In this document: positions 13,701 through 25,800 of the stretch, piece after piece
How positions within the stretch are numbered: position 1 is the stretch's first letter
Layout: each line of letters opens with the position of its first letter
Assembly (NCBI GenBank): GCA_030704615.1
Contig: CM060732.1
Coordinates: 80,724,001-80,788,000, forward strand
DNA length: 64,000 nucleotides
Source: Takakia lepidozioides
Lineage: Eukaryota; Plantae; Bryophyta
Direction of reading: 5' to 3'
The notes under the pieces: generated by a model
The model's database searches: none
What the model saw: the letters and a program-made list of their open reading frames with translations, nothing else
What the model was told of the DNA's origin: nothing
Made by a program: the position numbers and the translations under genes

Positions 13701-14537
13701 AATCTTTTCATCTCCTCTACCAGTGCGTTGTACATTATGTCCGCCCATTGTACCTCTTGTCCCTTCAGGCCTTTGAGTATTTCCTCTGTGAAGGATCTGC
13801 TCAAATATTGTTGGTTCTGTTTCAGGGCAATCAGAACGTTCAATACCTGGCCTATCTCTTTTAACCCTGGGTACACAGCTTTGGTACAAGCATAACCCTG
13901 AGTTTTAAAGAAACTCCCTTCTTGGAATAAGTCCCCTATTTGCAGTCTTGCCCTGTGTTCCCCACATGCACCTGACCTGCTGGCAATCGAAACAATTGCT
14001 GGAGGTATAGGGGAGTAATCATTAATTCAACTCCCTTCACCGTTGTTGTTCCTGTCCTTGGCTCAAAGTTCTGCAAAAATTGTAACATGTACTGTCTATG
14101 GTGTAGTGTCCAATCTAGGCTTTGCAATCCTTCCAATCTCAGCTCCTCAGTATCTTTATCGCCTGTGGGGTAGCCATCGTTTGTTTCTGCAGAATTGTGG
14201 TGCTCTTCACCCTGATTTCCTCCATTCCTCTCACTCTCTTCATTTTAGACTCACAGAACTGCTTTGGCTGTAACAACTGCAGGAATGCCTGTAGTGCACA
14301 AAGCATAAACGTATGGTTGCCGCAGAAAGCTATGGGTAATCTCTTGTAAGCCTGCGGGGCTTGCAAGCATTGCTCAAGAGAAAAGCTCTGCTCTGTCGTT
14401 TCGTGTCTATGCCACTGCGTAAGTAATATTGCGAGCGTATAGTCTGTTAGTTCCTCCATAGTTTCCAAGTTATAGCATTTATGGCCTGTCCTGTCGAGAC
14501 GCCCGTTACTCAGAACGACGCCGCCTCTTGCGCTCAA
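10734..14537 (-). CDS. Additional (env-position) ORF region downstream of pol, split by frameshifts; includes a long coiled-coil-like segment
   Basis: A chain of same-strand ORFs (14139-14537, 13936-14136, 13076-13876, 12723-13115, 11851-12753, 11540-11842, 10734-11630) tiles 3.8 kb between INT and the PPT. QFLQNF..TTVKGVELMITPLYLQQLFRLP resembles accessory ORFs of Athila-type elements. Confidence 0.65.
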
Positions 14538-14596
14538 TTTCCCTCCATTTTCTTGATCTGGTATCTGCTGTGACTGGATTTTAACTTTTATCTTCT

Positions 14597-17500
14597 TTAG
14601 TGGACTTTCCTGTTGGATAGTCCACTAGGATCACACATGCGACATGAATTCGGCTTTTCTGTACTTGCCGTTCGTTCCGTTTCCCTTTTTCCGTACTCAT
14701 TAATGGGCCCGCCTTTCATCCTTTTTGACGGCCGTTCTTGTCCTCTTTCTTTTTGACACCTGTCCTTGCACTTCATTCTCTGCTGTGTGTCGCACCCTGA
14801 CCTCCACGTGTCTATTTTTAAAGTAATTTCCGTTTCTTCTTCCTTCAGCCATTTTCCTGAAGTTATTATGTGTCCACTTGTCACTGATTCTATGGATCGT
14901 GTAACTTTAGTAGGCTGTGTTGAGCTGTGACAGGCTGTGTCATACTGTGTTACGCTGTGATAGGCTGTGATGCACTGTGGTAAGCTGTGATAGGCTGTGA
15001 CACGCTGTGGTAGGTTGTGATAGGCTGTGTTGCGCCTTGCTGGGCTGTGATAGGCTGTGTCACGTCGTGATGGGCTGTGATAGGCTGTGTTGCGCCTTGC
15101 TGGGCTGTGATAGGCTGTGTCACGTCGTGATGGGCTGTGATAGGCTGTGTCACGTTTGTTTTGCCCACCCTGGTCATATATGCTGGGCCTAGCGACAAGT
15201 GCTCCATACTCCGTTCGTAACACTGGTGCAGCCCGTGACTGCTCTTGCGGTTCAACATGCAAATCATGCTGCAAGGGTTTGTCATGGATACCACTGTACC
15301 CCTTCAACTTATTTGCATTGACTCTTCCCAGCATTTCTTTGTTAATGGTTTGTAACATGGCGGTGTTGTTATCATACATCTTTTGTATGACATAAGGTCC
15401 TTTCCATGGTGATTTAAGCTTAGAAGCTTGAATCTTTCCTTTCTTCTGCAACCATAGAACCAAATCCCCCGTCTTAAAAGTCTTTAACTTGCCTTCATCA
15501 AACTGTTCCTTTCGCTTCATCTGAATTCTGGTCATATTATCAGCTGCATCAGCACGTACTTCTTCCACATGGTATAATTCATGTTTCCTGACCTTGATGG
15601 AGTCTTGCAATTCCATTCTTTTTCCCCACTCCGTTCTCATGGTAGGTAACAGGAATTCCACTGGAAGTAAGGCTTCCATACCATAAACTAATTGGAATGG
15701 TGTATACTTAGTGGTGACTTTATATGAAGTCCTGTATGACCACAAAGCTGTCAGCAGCTTTGTATCCCAATCCGTTCTGTTTGCATTGACTATCTTAGCC
15801 AAGATAGTACATAGTATTTTGTTGGTAGCCTCTGCCTGCCCATTACCCTGTGGGTAATATGTTGTACTCTTTCTATGCACAATCATAAACTCTTTAGTCA
15901 ACAACTCAATGGTCTCATTCATGAAGTGACTTCCTTGATCACTGATAAATTCTAAGGGACAGCCAAATCGTGTAAGTATGTTCTCGTACAGGAACCTTGC
16001 TGTGGACTTGGCTGTGTTGTCCCTCAAAGCTTTAGCTTCCACCCACTTTGTAGTATAATCAGTGGCTGTAATTATGTACCTGTTTCGTGTATTCTTGGAT
16101 GGTGGGTTAATTGGTCCAACAAAGTCTAGTCCCCATTTCTGAAATGGTTCCGTAGGCATTGTAGGATGCAAAGCCATCCTTCCAGATCTCTGCAAAGGTC
16201 CTAGCCTCTGACATTCATCACACTTCTGACAATACTCGTGTACATCTTTGAACAAAGTAGGCCACCAGTATCCTGCGAGTAGTATCTTTCTACTGGTAGT
16301 CTCTTCTCCAAAATGACCTCCAGCCACTCCTTTATGAACTTCCGCCAAAACTTTATTTACTTCATGGTGGTACAAGCATCGTTTTAGTACTCCATCAGGT
16401 CCTAACTTATACATTCTGCTTCCTACCATAGTATAAGGTAAAGCTTTGATAGCGATTCTCTTCCTCTGCTCCTTACCATAACTAGGTGGGCACTGACCAT
16501 GAGCAAGGTAGTATCTGATGGCCACTGCCAATCTAACCATTCATCTGCACTTCCTTGCACCTCCATTACAAATAAACTCGCATCAGGTAACTGATCGTCC
16601 ACTCCTGTGGCGGCCTCTCCTGTTGTTAGTCGTGACAAATGATCTGCCACAAGATGCAAACGGCCAGGCTTGTAAATAACCTCGAACTCAAACTCATGCA
16701 AGATTATTAACCACCTCGCTATCCTTCCACTTATCAAAGGTTTGTTCACCAGATATATCAGAGCCTGGTGATCCACATAAAACATAAACTTCTTGCCCAA
16801 CAGGTAATGCCTGAATTTCTTCACTGCATAGATCATTGCCAATGCTTCTCTTTCCGTTGTGCTATAGTTCCTTTCAGCACTGTTCATCAACCTGCTAGCA
16901 TAGTACACAGGTGAATCTATATTTCCTGTAACATTCTGGGCTAACACCGCTCCCAACGCTTCTCCTGATGCATCGCAGTGAACATGAAATACTACATGCC
17001 AGTGAGGGTTAATCAGCACAGGTGTAGTTGTTACTGACAGTGTAAGTTCCTCAAACGCCTGTTGACATTCAGCTGTCCAGGCAAACACTGCATCTTTCTT
17101 CAGAAGCTTGCTCAATGGTGCTGCTATTTGTGCATACCTTTTGACAAATCTTCTGTAATAACTGGTTTGCCCAAGGAATCTCCTTAAACTCTTAACATTC
17201 ACTGGTGGTGGAGAGACTTTAATGGACTCTGTCTTCCTGGGATCCACAAGAAGTCCCTTCTTACACACAATGTGTCCCAGAAGCACCCCTGAGTTCACAC
17301 AGAAAGTACACTTCTCTGGATTCAAGCCCAGACCTCTCATCCTGCATCTGGCCAAACATAACTCCAATTTATGCAAGTGCTCACTCTTAGAGCTGTACAC
17401 ACTGAAATCATCCAAGAATACCTGCATGAAATCATCCAGATACTCATGAAAAGATTCACTTATCACTCTCTGAAAGGTCGCTGGTGCATTACAAAGTCCA

Positions 17501-18036
17501 AAGGGCATGACTTTGTATGCATAAGCCCCCCAGTCTGTGATGAAAGCTGTTTTCCCTTGGTCTTCTTCTGCCACTTGCACTTGATTATAACCACTGAAGC
17601 CATCCATGAATGAGTACATCTCATGGCCTGCCACAGTGTCTAATACTGCTTCTGTGAATGGCAAAGGGAAAGGATCTTTCTTCGTACAAGCATTCAGCTT
17701 CTTATAGTTCACACATACTCTTAGTTTGCCATTCTTCTTGGGAACTATAACAATGGGTGACAACCAAGTTGTATACTCTATTGGGTATATAAACTTAGCC
17801 TCAGCCAACTTCTTTATCTCTTCTCCAACCTTCTGTGCGTAGTTGGGATTCATTCTATACCTCGCCTGCTTGATTGGTACTGACCCTGGTTCCAGTTCAA
17901 TCTTATGCTGACAGACTTCAGGTGGTATCCCTTTTAGATCCTCATAGCTCCAAGCAAATACATCTCTGTATTTGATGAACAAGCTTTTAGCTTCTTCGAA
18001 GAATTCCGGCTCCAAATCAGCTCCTACTTTCACCAT
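14597..18036 (-). CDS. pol: pol: reverse transcriptase, RNase H and integrase (frameshift near 16500)
   Basis: RT motifs MPFGLCNAPATFQR and FLDDF. RH motifs CDAS, NYSTTEREALA and VDHQAL. INT motifs H-H-C-C, WGLDFVGP, SDQGSHF, GQAE and GPY. Confidence 0.95.
14912..15155. repeat. 30-bp tandem repeat (GCTGTGATAGGCTGTG... unit, about 8 copies) in frame at the end of pol
   Basis: Translates as repeated TAYHS(P)xRR(D/N) in ORF 14597-16540. Confidence 0.9.
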
Positions 18037-21000
18037 CCTCGGTTCCTCTTTGTTCCCACATTTACTTCTCTCACCTGCTCATCAGCTGTGATTGTCCAAC
18101 CAGTCACCACTTCATCCTGTAAGCTCACAGTGGCTGGTTCTTCTAGGATTTCTATTTCTCCTTCTCTTTCTTCATAGAAATGTGATGGGTAAATGCTGGT
18201 TTCTTCTTCAGTTGGTGTTGCTGTCACTACACCACAGCAGATACCTCTCAAACAACTTAGGCTTTCCAGCCGCATCTCTGCAACCTGCTCCCACTCTGGG
18301 TGTGCAGCAAATAGGGTAGCTTCCTGCTCCTCATCCAGTCCTCCTCTCCAGTCATACTCTCTGACTCCTCGAGGTCTTCTTGTAGCAGGTAATCTACTAG
18401 ATTTCTTTGTGGTAATTTGTATCTCGTGTATCCCATTATGCACAGTTAGTAACTGAGAATTCCAGTCATGGAATACCCTGGCCTGTTTCAGCCACGGACG
18501 TCCCAATAATAAGGAGTAAGCCTCCATGACTTCATCCATTTTTAATACAGTTACTGTGATCATAAAGATCATTTTCTGTATCTGTATCTTAACTCCTCTT
18601 ATTAATCCCAATGGCTGTACACTTCTTTGATCTGCCATTGTTACTGTAAATGGGGCTGGTTTCATGTTACTTAGACCAAGCTTCTTCCTTAATTGGTCTG
18701 TCATGATATTTACTCCAGAACCACCATCTATCAGTACATCAGTTAGTTCTGTGCTTCCAATTCTCAATTGGATTACTGGCATAGAATCATCAAAGTCCAT
18801 GACTGGTTCTCGCCCTTCCGGCTTCACATTATAACTGGTCACCTTGCTGTTCAGGTCTGTGTTTCCTGTCTCTTGGGCAATTCGATTGATTGCTTGATAC
18901 AGCCTGTGCCTACAATAAGGTGCCACAGCTAATAGCTGTCCAATGGTAATTTCTGCTTTGGTCTGACATATTACTTCAGCCAAAGTCTCTTCATTACTTT
19001 GCATGTCTGCATCTTCTTTTTTCCTTTCTTCCTCACTCCCTTCTTTTTCTCCATCCGAATCAGAGGAATCTGCCACAGGAATATCAGTACTCTTTTGCAT
19101 TTCCCTTATAGTATCTGCCACTTCCTTGTGCAGTTCCTTCTCATCTTTCCAAGTCTCTTCATCTTCAGGCATATCATTGCCACTTCCATTCTCATCTTCT
19201 TCCTCTTCTACTGGAGGTATTAGTTTGGCTTTACTTCTTGTTACTATCATTGTACTTACTTCTGGTACAACACATGGCCTAACCATGTGAGCTGCCACCA
19301 CTGGGCCCTCATTCACAGGAGCTCTCATCTCATTCTGGTGTCTTATCCAGAATGAACAGGCTGCCTTGCGATGTCCTGGCTGATTACAATAGTAACATAG
19401 CTCTTCACCATTGGGTCCTCGCCCTTGGTCTGTTCTTGGATTATTTCTATAATCCTGATTCCCGGGCTGGTAATTCCCCCTTGGATTACCCTGATAGTTG
19501 CCTCTGGAATTTCCTTGGTAATTCCCTCTTGAATTACCTCTCCCTTCCATGCCATTGTTATAACCACCAGACCTACCATAGTGGTCCTGATCATTGTTTC
19601 TTCTTGGCTGGGGCTGCACCTGATGCACCCTTACTTGCCTAGGTTCTCTTGCAGCTGTCCTTCTGTTGTAGTAACAATTCTCAGTAGAATGGTTATCCAT
19701 TTTACAGATAGTACAGTGTTTCTCCTTCATGTGGCATTCTGTGGTGGTATGGCCTTCATTCTGGCACTTTGCACACCATACACCCTTCCTCCAATGTGTT
19801 GCAGCCTCTGTGGCATACTTCTTCAAGATTTCTTCCAATTTTTTTTCATAGTTATCCCTCTTCAACTTCTCCTTTCTCTTACTCTTTCTTTTTAGTTCTT
19901 GCTCTTCTTCTTCATCTGACTCATCCTCAGAGTCCTCATCTTCTTTTTTCTCTCTCCTGAGCATTCCCAATTGCTCAATTCTGTTTGCAGTTTCAAATGC
20001 CTCCTCCACTGTATTATGGGGTAACATATCCACTTTCTTTTGCAACTCTGGTCTTAGTCCACTCACAAACCAAGTCTTCTGTAAACCGGGCGCTGGTACT
20101 GCAGCCAGCTTTTTCATCATCAATTCCATCTTCTCCATATACTCTTCAACAGTTTCATGCTTCTTCTGCTTCAGCTGTTGTAAACTTCCATACACTTCAT
20201 CCTCAGTTTTACTTGTCCTGAACCTATTTCAAATGCTGTATTCAAGCCATTCCAGGTTAGGAAATGATTATCAGGGAATCTTGCATACCATTCACTTGCT
20301 TTCTTGATAAGTGAACAAGGAAACAATCTCATCTTGGCATCATCGCCATTCTCATTGTTCACTATACACATGTGCTCAAATTGGCTAATGTGTACATCGG
20401 GATCCCCTTTTCCTGAATATATTGGAAAGGGTGGTTTTGCCCGTGTTGGTTGTAACGCCATCTGTGGCCCTACCTTCTGCCCACTGACAGGTGCTGGCAC
20501 CCTTGCTGGTGCTGGTCCTTCTGGACCTGTTGTTTTTGTGGTGGATCTTCCACCAAGTGGTGGCCCTTGAGCACTCCTTGCTTCTGGCCCCACGATATTC
20601 ACAGTATTCCCAGCTTCAGTTGCACTACTTCCCACACTCCCTGTCCCCCCAGAGCCAGATCCAGGCAGCCCGCCTGATCCCCCTGAGCCGACACCTTCGT
20701 TGGCCTGTGATCCAAGTGCTCCACTTGATCCAGGTCCAACGGGTTGGGATGTCCTGGTTGTAGTCTCAACCTCAGCTGTTGGGTCTACTTCTTCATATTC
20801 TTCCTCTTCCAATTTCTTCTCTCTGTTTTCATCCTCCAAGTTCTGCCCTTGGGTTTCTTCTTCACTCATGTAACTCAACTGTAATGGTGTTGGAGAGTCT
20901 GAACTCTCCGTTGGCTCTGCCACATCCTCTTCTCCTTCTTCACCTTCTGCTTCAGAAACTGGAGTTCCTGCTTTTGGTGTTCCATGCCAACTCTTATCAA

Positions 21001-21292
21001 AGATTTCTGTCAAATCTTTTATCCAAGGATGTACCTCAGATCTTTCACCTCGTGATTGATCTTCTTTCTGTACCAATTCCCTTAATCTTTCTTGCAAAGA
21101 AACAGAAGGAGTGGCATCCAACTCTAGTTCTTCCGGTATAGGTGATGCACTCTTTGATCTTGATGGTGTGAGAGGTCCAGATGATTCCCCTATGTCTATT
21201 CCTCTCTCCCAAAGATATGGATAATTAGCTTTCAGATAGCTTTCTCTTTTTGCTGAATATCTCTGTCGTCTAGCTTCTCTTTCATCACTCAT
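18030..21292 (-). CDS. gag: gag with three CCHC zinc knuckles plus aspartic protease (frameshift near 20230)
   Basis: Retrotrans_gag-like segment (YSGKGDPDVHISQF...LFPCSL...WY). Knuckles CAKCQNEGHTTTEC, CTICKMDNHSTENC and CYYCNQPGHRKAAC. Protease VLIDGGSGVNIM...LLGRPWL. Confidence 0.93.
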
Positions 21293-21313
21293 GTCCCATG
21301 TCTTTCATTTCTT

Positions 21314-22009
21314 TTAATGTGGCAATAACCAAAACTCTCTTCTGTAATATCTCTCGTATATGCCTGGGTTTCTTTCAAGCTTCAATGCACCCTTGGCTAT
21401 ACTTGAAGTCTCCGTTACCATATAACCATATGGCAAACAAGTCTGAAAAGCTGTTCTTGGTGTGAGTTTGATCCACAAAATATCCTTTGGAATCCAATTC
21501 TTTACCAGTACAAGCTCTTCATGCATATGAGTATAAACATTCACCTTTCTTTCTTCCCAGCCTTCAAACTCTACTCGTTTAATGGATAGCAATGCTATCA
21601 CATAAACCAATGTTGGTAACCAACGTGCTCTTCCTCTACAGGCTACCTGATAAATCTTTATCACTCCTTTCTCCAGACCCCATTCTGGATCAGCATCATG
21701 CACTCGTTTAAGAATATTTTCTTTACAACCGTCTGGCAATTCCAAGAACCTTTGAAAGAATTGTTTGGACAATCTTTCTTCCTTCGTTCCACAGGGAATT
21801 TGATTCACTTCAAATTCTTTAATGGTCCAACCACCATGATCCCACCAGATGCCTGTCACATCTGGTTGTTCATGTCCCAGGTCCCCAGTATGGTCGCCAA
21901 ATGTCGCGCGGCTTTTACTCACCCATCCCTTCGCTATCCGAGGCGGAAACTCCAAGATAGAAGAGTTGGAAATCTCTAAGTACTCAGCCCGCGCAGAACA
22001 ATCAGTCAT
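21314..22009 (-). CDS. Extra 5' ORF upstream of gag, unknown function
   Basis: 231-aa open frame. The part shared with the second copy (6821-7179) differs mostly by synonymous substitutions. Confidence 0.6.
   Translation of the reverse strand: MTDCSARAEYLEISNSSILEFPPRIAKGWVSKSRATFGDHTGDLGHEQPDVTGIWWDHGGWTIKEFEVNQIPCGTKEERLSKQFFQRFLELPDGCKENILKRVHDADPEWGLEKGVIKIYQVACRGRARWLPTLVYVIALLSIKRVEFEGWEERKVNVYTHMHEELVLVKNWIPKDILWIKLTPRTAFQTCLPYGYMVTETSSIAKGALKLERNPGIYERYYRREFWLLPH
21882..21899 (-). promoter_or_regulatory. Primer-binding site (TGGCGACCATACTGGGGA), tRNA-Arg-like
   Basis: TGG begins 2 nt inside the 5' LTR boundary. The tRNA identity is from recalled similarity only. Confidence 0.75.
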
Positions 22010-22803
22010 GACCTACAGCTAGTGTATCATGGGGGTGTTTCCTATTTGTTTCCCTTTTCGCATTCATCTTGGCTACCTTACCATTGATAATTAAGTATCA
22101 GTTTGCTTCATCAATCTATCGGTTTCCTTCACTCATCCATTCAATCCACAGCTTCACTCAGATCTCTCTACACAGTGTGATTGTATCGTATAAGTATCAG
22201 ATTATGATTTATCAGGTATCAGGCCGAAGCCATTATGTCTCTAATCTGCTCTCCAATATCACTACAGCTTTGCATATAACAAGCATCTACTAATCCTCTT
22301 ATCTCCTTCATTGTGCTCTCCATCTCTCGCTTCCGATCTCCGCTCCAGCCTGACTCCGAAGTCCTCCTCCGAATGATGTCCCTCATCTTCCCGTTTCTCC
22401 CTTTATCTTCCTCTCCGCGGTTCTAACCGTTTCCCTCGCTAACCGTTGTCTGTGAACTAACATGTTCCCTTCGCAGGTGTTGTTCCCCACAGTCGTTCCC
22501 TGTCCTACTCTTCGTTCCCTATGATCGTGACCGCTGTGTCAAGCTGTGACTGGCTGTGTGAAACTGTGACGGGCTGTGACTGGCTGTGCGACTGTGTTTG
22601 GCTGTGTCGGGCTGTGATTGGCTGTGTGGGCTGTGACGACTGTGACGGGCTGTGTTGGCTGTGTGGGCTGTGACGACTGTGTAACCCCCCCCTACAGTGC
22701 GCTGCTGTCACCCCTAAGGCTCCTGTTGGTCTCAGTCTGTGCAAAATTAAGGGTACCCTACAGATCCCGTATAAGTGTCTAAGTCCCCTACAGTCCTCTA
22801 ACA
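21902..22803 (-). repeat. 5' LTR (902 bp)
   Basis: Direct repeat of 9708-10702, TG...CA, followed by TSD GTATA. Confidence 0.97.
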
Positions 22804-25800
22804 GTATACAATTACATCCTTGTGTACTGCCTATTGCGGCGCCGAAATAGGCAATGTTCACCACTGTCATGCACTCTATGAACTGGAAATTGGATTGCTG
22901 TGCCGAAATCATATTTTCATGTTGTTTTTTTTCTCCATGGCAGGGTAACAGAGAGGGCCTTCGTGGAAACTCATTTGGCACATACGCTCTACAGAGTGCA
23001 AGAAGTGGGGACAGCTCCGCTGACGGACTTCCAAAAGTCCCTCGATCCCGAGCTGTACAGGAAGTCCCTAGCGAAAGCAGATCGCACCTGGTACCGACCA
23101 ACACTGGACGCCATGGTGGAGATCCTCTATTCGGTGAGGTTCATCTCAAATTTCAGTATCAATTTAATGTTATTTGTTGCAGGGATCCGTGGCCTGACTG
23201 TATCTGCTGGGTATGGGAATGCAGACGAACATCAGGGATGACTTGGCCTATGCCAAAAGGCAGTTCTTTGAGAATGATGCCCCCAACAAGGCGGACGCGT
23301 CGATAGAGAGTCATTTTGTGCAGGCAGGGAAGCAATCCCGGACCAAGTACAGGTCCAAACTTGTTAAGCAAGTTGCAATCGCTGACCCTGGTCTTGGTGC
23401 CGAGTTCCTGGCGGAGATAGGACTGCATTACTCCAAACCCATGAAACCGGAAATGTCCATGGAGAAACTTCATCACATCGCAGTGTCCTGTGTTGAGCCG
23501 GCGGAGAAGGTAAGCATGTGTTTATTCTTGTTTTGTGACTTCTCGCGATTCTTATGTTGGAGTTCTTGTCTGATCGATGTGAGGTGGCTGCAGACGAGGT
23601 GGCTGCGAATCTGGAACGGCCATACAAACACGAAGCTGCCGTACCACTTTCCCATCGAGCCAACAGACGACAAAATGAACGACTAGCTCAATGTCATGAC
23701 TTGGTGGCATCAGGTATAATTTTCTCCTATTCTGTGTTGGACATCGTCGCAATTTCAAAATCATGAATGTTTTGGAAACCTGCCATGATGCAGGTACTGA
23801 CCCACGCCCAGGAGCAATTGGACTGCAACACCACCACTTTCAAGTTACAGATCGACTGGACGAAGCCTGAGACAATGGAGAACTACGTGCAGTCGTGGCG
23901 AGGGCGCTTCGCAAACCTCTTTTTCAGAGAAATTGCAAAGGCAAGACGCAGCGTATACATCGAAGAGCAGGAGGGTGCCGACAAAGCGGCAATGCGTGTC
24001 CTGTTCAGGTAATCTGCTGACAATGCATCCCCCTATTTGCAGTTTAGATGATTTGGTTAAGCAGCGATGGATATTGCGGCGCCGAAATATACCTCTGCAA
24101 GATGTGAGTTCTGGGTAATTGGGGCACGGTCCACTCTGTATTTCGGTGCCAAAATACCTTGTGCATTGACAACTTCCACTTGCATGATGCATCGGTAGAA
24201 TGATTTTTGTTGAACTGCCTCGTGATTGCAGGTACATAAACTTTGCACTCATTCCGTCCGGAGCCATTCAAAGGGTTCCACCATTCTTCCTGGCGTGGAG
24301 GACACCTGGAGGTCGTGGAACGATGTACACAGAAGTAATGGCGAAGGAGTGGCATGCCGAGCATTTGGTAGACTGCCCCTGGTATGTGGATCTCCCAAGT
24401 GGGACCGTTGACCTCTCAGAGGTTAACTTGAAGAAGGAAGCGAATGCCAGGGCTATGAAGGCGCAATCGGATCCCCAACCAGAGGACGCGGAAAGACTGA
24501 AAGCAGAGGAGGCAGCCAAGCAAAAATCACTGAGAAAGTCAGCCAAGGCGGCAGCGTTGGCGAAGGAGCAGATGGAGAAGCAGGCAGCTGAGCAGCCCAA
24601 GGACAGGAAGAAAAGAACGCGCAAACAGGGGCAAGAGACGAAGACCCCCACACCCAAGAAGAAGAAGCAGCAACACAGTCAGCCAGATGAGGAGGATTCC
24701 GACGACGATTTCCAGCAGGAAAACACCCAGGGGGCCACACCTCGTCCGAAAATTCACAAGGGCCAGCGCTCTGGGGGGTCGGCTGCGAAGAGATCACTAT
24801 ACGAGGATGCACCTGGCAGACCCTACCGTGCGGTGCATATTGCGGGCAGGGAAGTCCTCAAAACACCCACAATTGTGGAGTGTGTTAATGAAAATTTCCT
24901 AACTGCTCTGACCAGAAGGCTGGAGATAACGAGATTGAGGAAGGCGATCGAGGCCCACCAGGGGAAGGGGAAGAGGAAGGCCACTGGCAATGATATGGAG
25001 GACACTCCTGGCTACACAAAGATGATGGAGTATTTTGTGGCGATGAGCCACGGCAAAAAGAGCACAGTCGGGGCAGGGCGGTGAAAGCCTCCATCGACAT
25101 GATCCTTGTGGATATCCCGGATGGGTAGGAGATACTGGGGCTGGGCTTAGTTCCCTGGTGGAACAAGTACGACGAAAGATACTGGAGCCACACATTCGGG
25201 TTCGCAGCCAACATGTTGGACGACGTTGGCTGTGTTGTTGTGCTAGCAGCCGATGGAGAAGTCACTGAGAATGATATCAAAGTATGGACGGGGAGAAGTG
25301 CAGCACCCATCCTGAAAAAGATCTGGACTTGCATCAACACGCAGGGTCTTCTCAACGATGGCCAGAAGGTATGTTGTGGTTTTCCTCTGCTATGTCAATT
25401 TTTGGGCCGAAATTGCCCCTGTACATGTAGGCCACCTCTGACGTTTTCATTTCCTTCTCTGCAGACTCTTATCTTTCAGGCATTTTGCTTCATGAAGGAA
25501 CATTCGAAATTCAAATTACGTGAAGCAGGAAGACTTGTTGATTCCACAGTTGATCCACTGGAGTATAACGTCCTGTTCAACCATGTGGGAGAGAAGGACA
25601 TTCTTTGTGATTTGTCGGGCAAGCCATGGAGGTATGGCAGGACCAGGAGTCCTGCATTCATCCAGACGCTCATGGAAACGTGTACGGATGTTGAAGGCAG
25701 GGTCCTTGACGTCACTGCAAATACAGGTGAGAACGTTAATTGAATGCGGCACCGAAATTGACACCATTTCCGTTTCTGTATGTTTGCTTGTGCGAGGAAG

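Larger units (their letters stand above)
9708..22803 (-). mobile_element. Full-length non-chromovirus Ty3/Gypsy LTR retrotransposon (Athila/Phygy/Selgy-like), 13.1 kb, inserted in an intron
   Basis: Two TG...CA LTRs, 5-bp TSD GTATA (9703-9707 and 22804-22808), PBS, PPT, and gag-PR-RT-RH-INT order. No chromodomain or additional RNase H was seen. Confidence 0.97.

Noticed and set aside
16423-20230. Programmed ribosomal frameshifts in gag-pol
   Set aside because: The break near 20230 is absent from the sister copy and the others fall within conserved coding regions, so single-base indels (mutation or sequencing error) are more likely.
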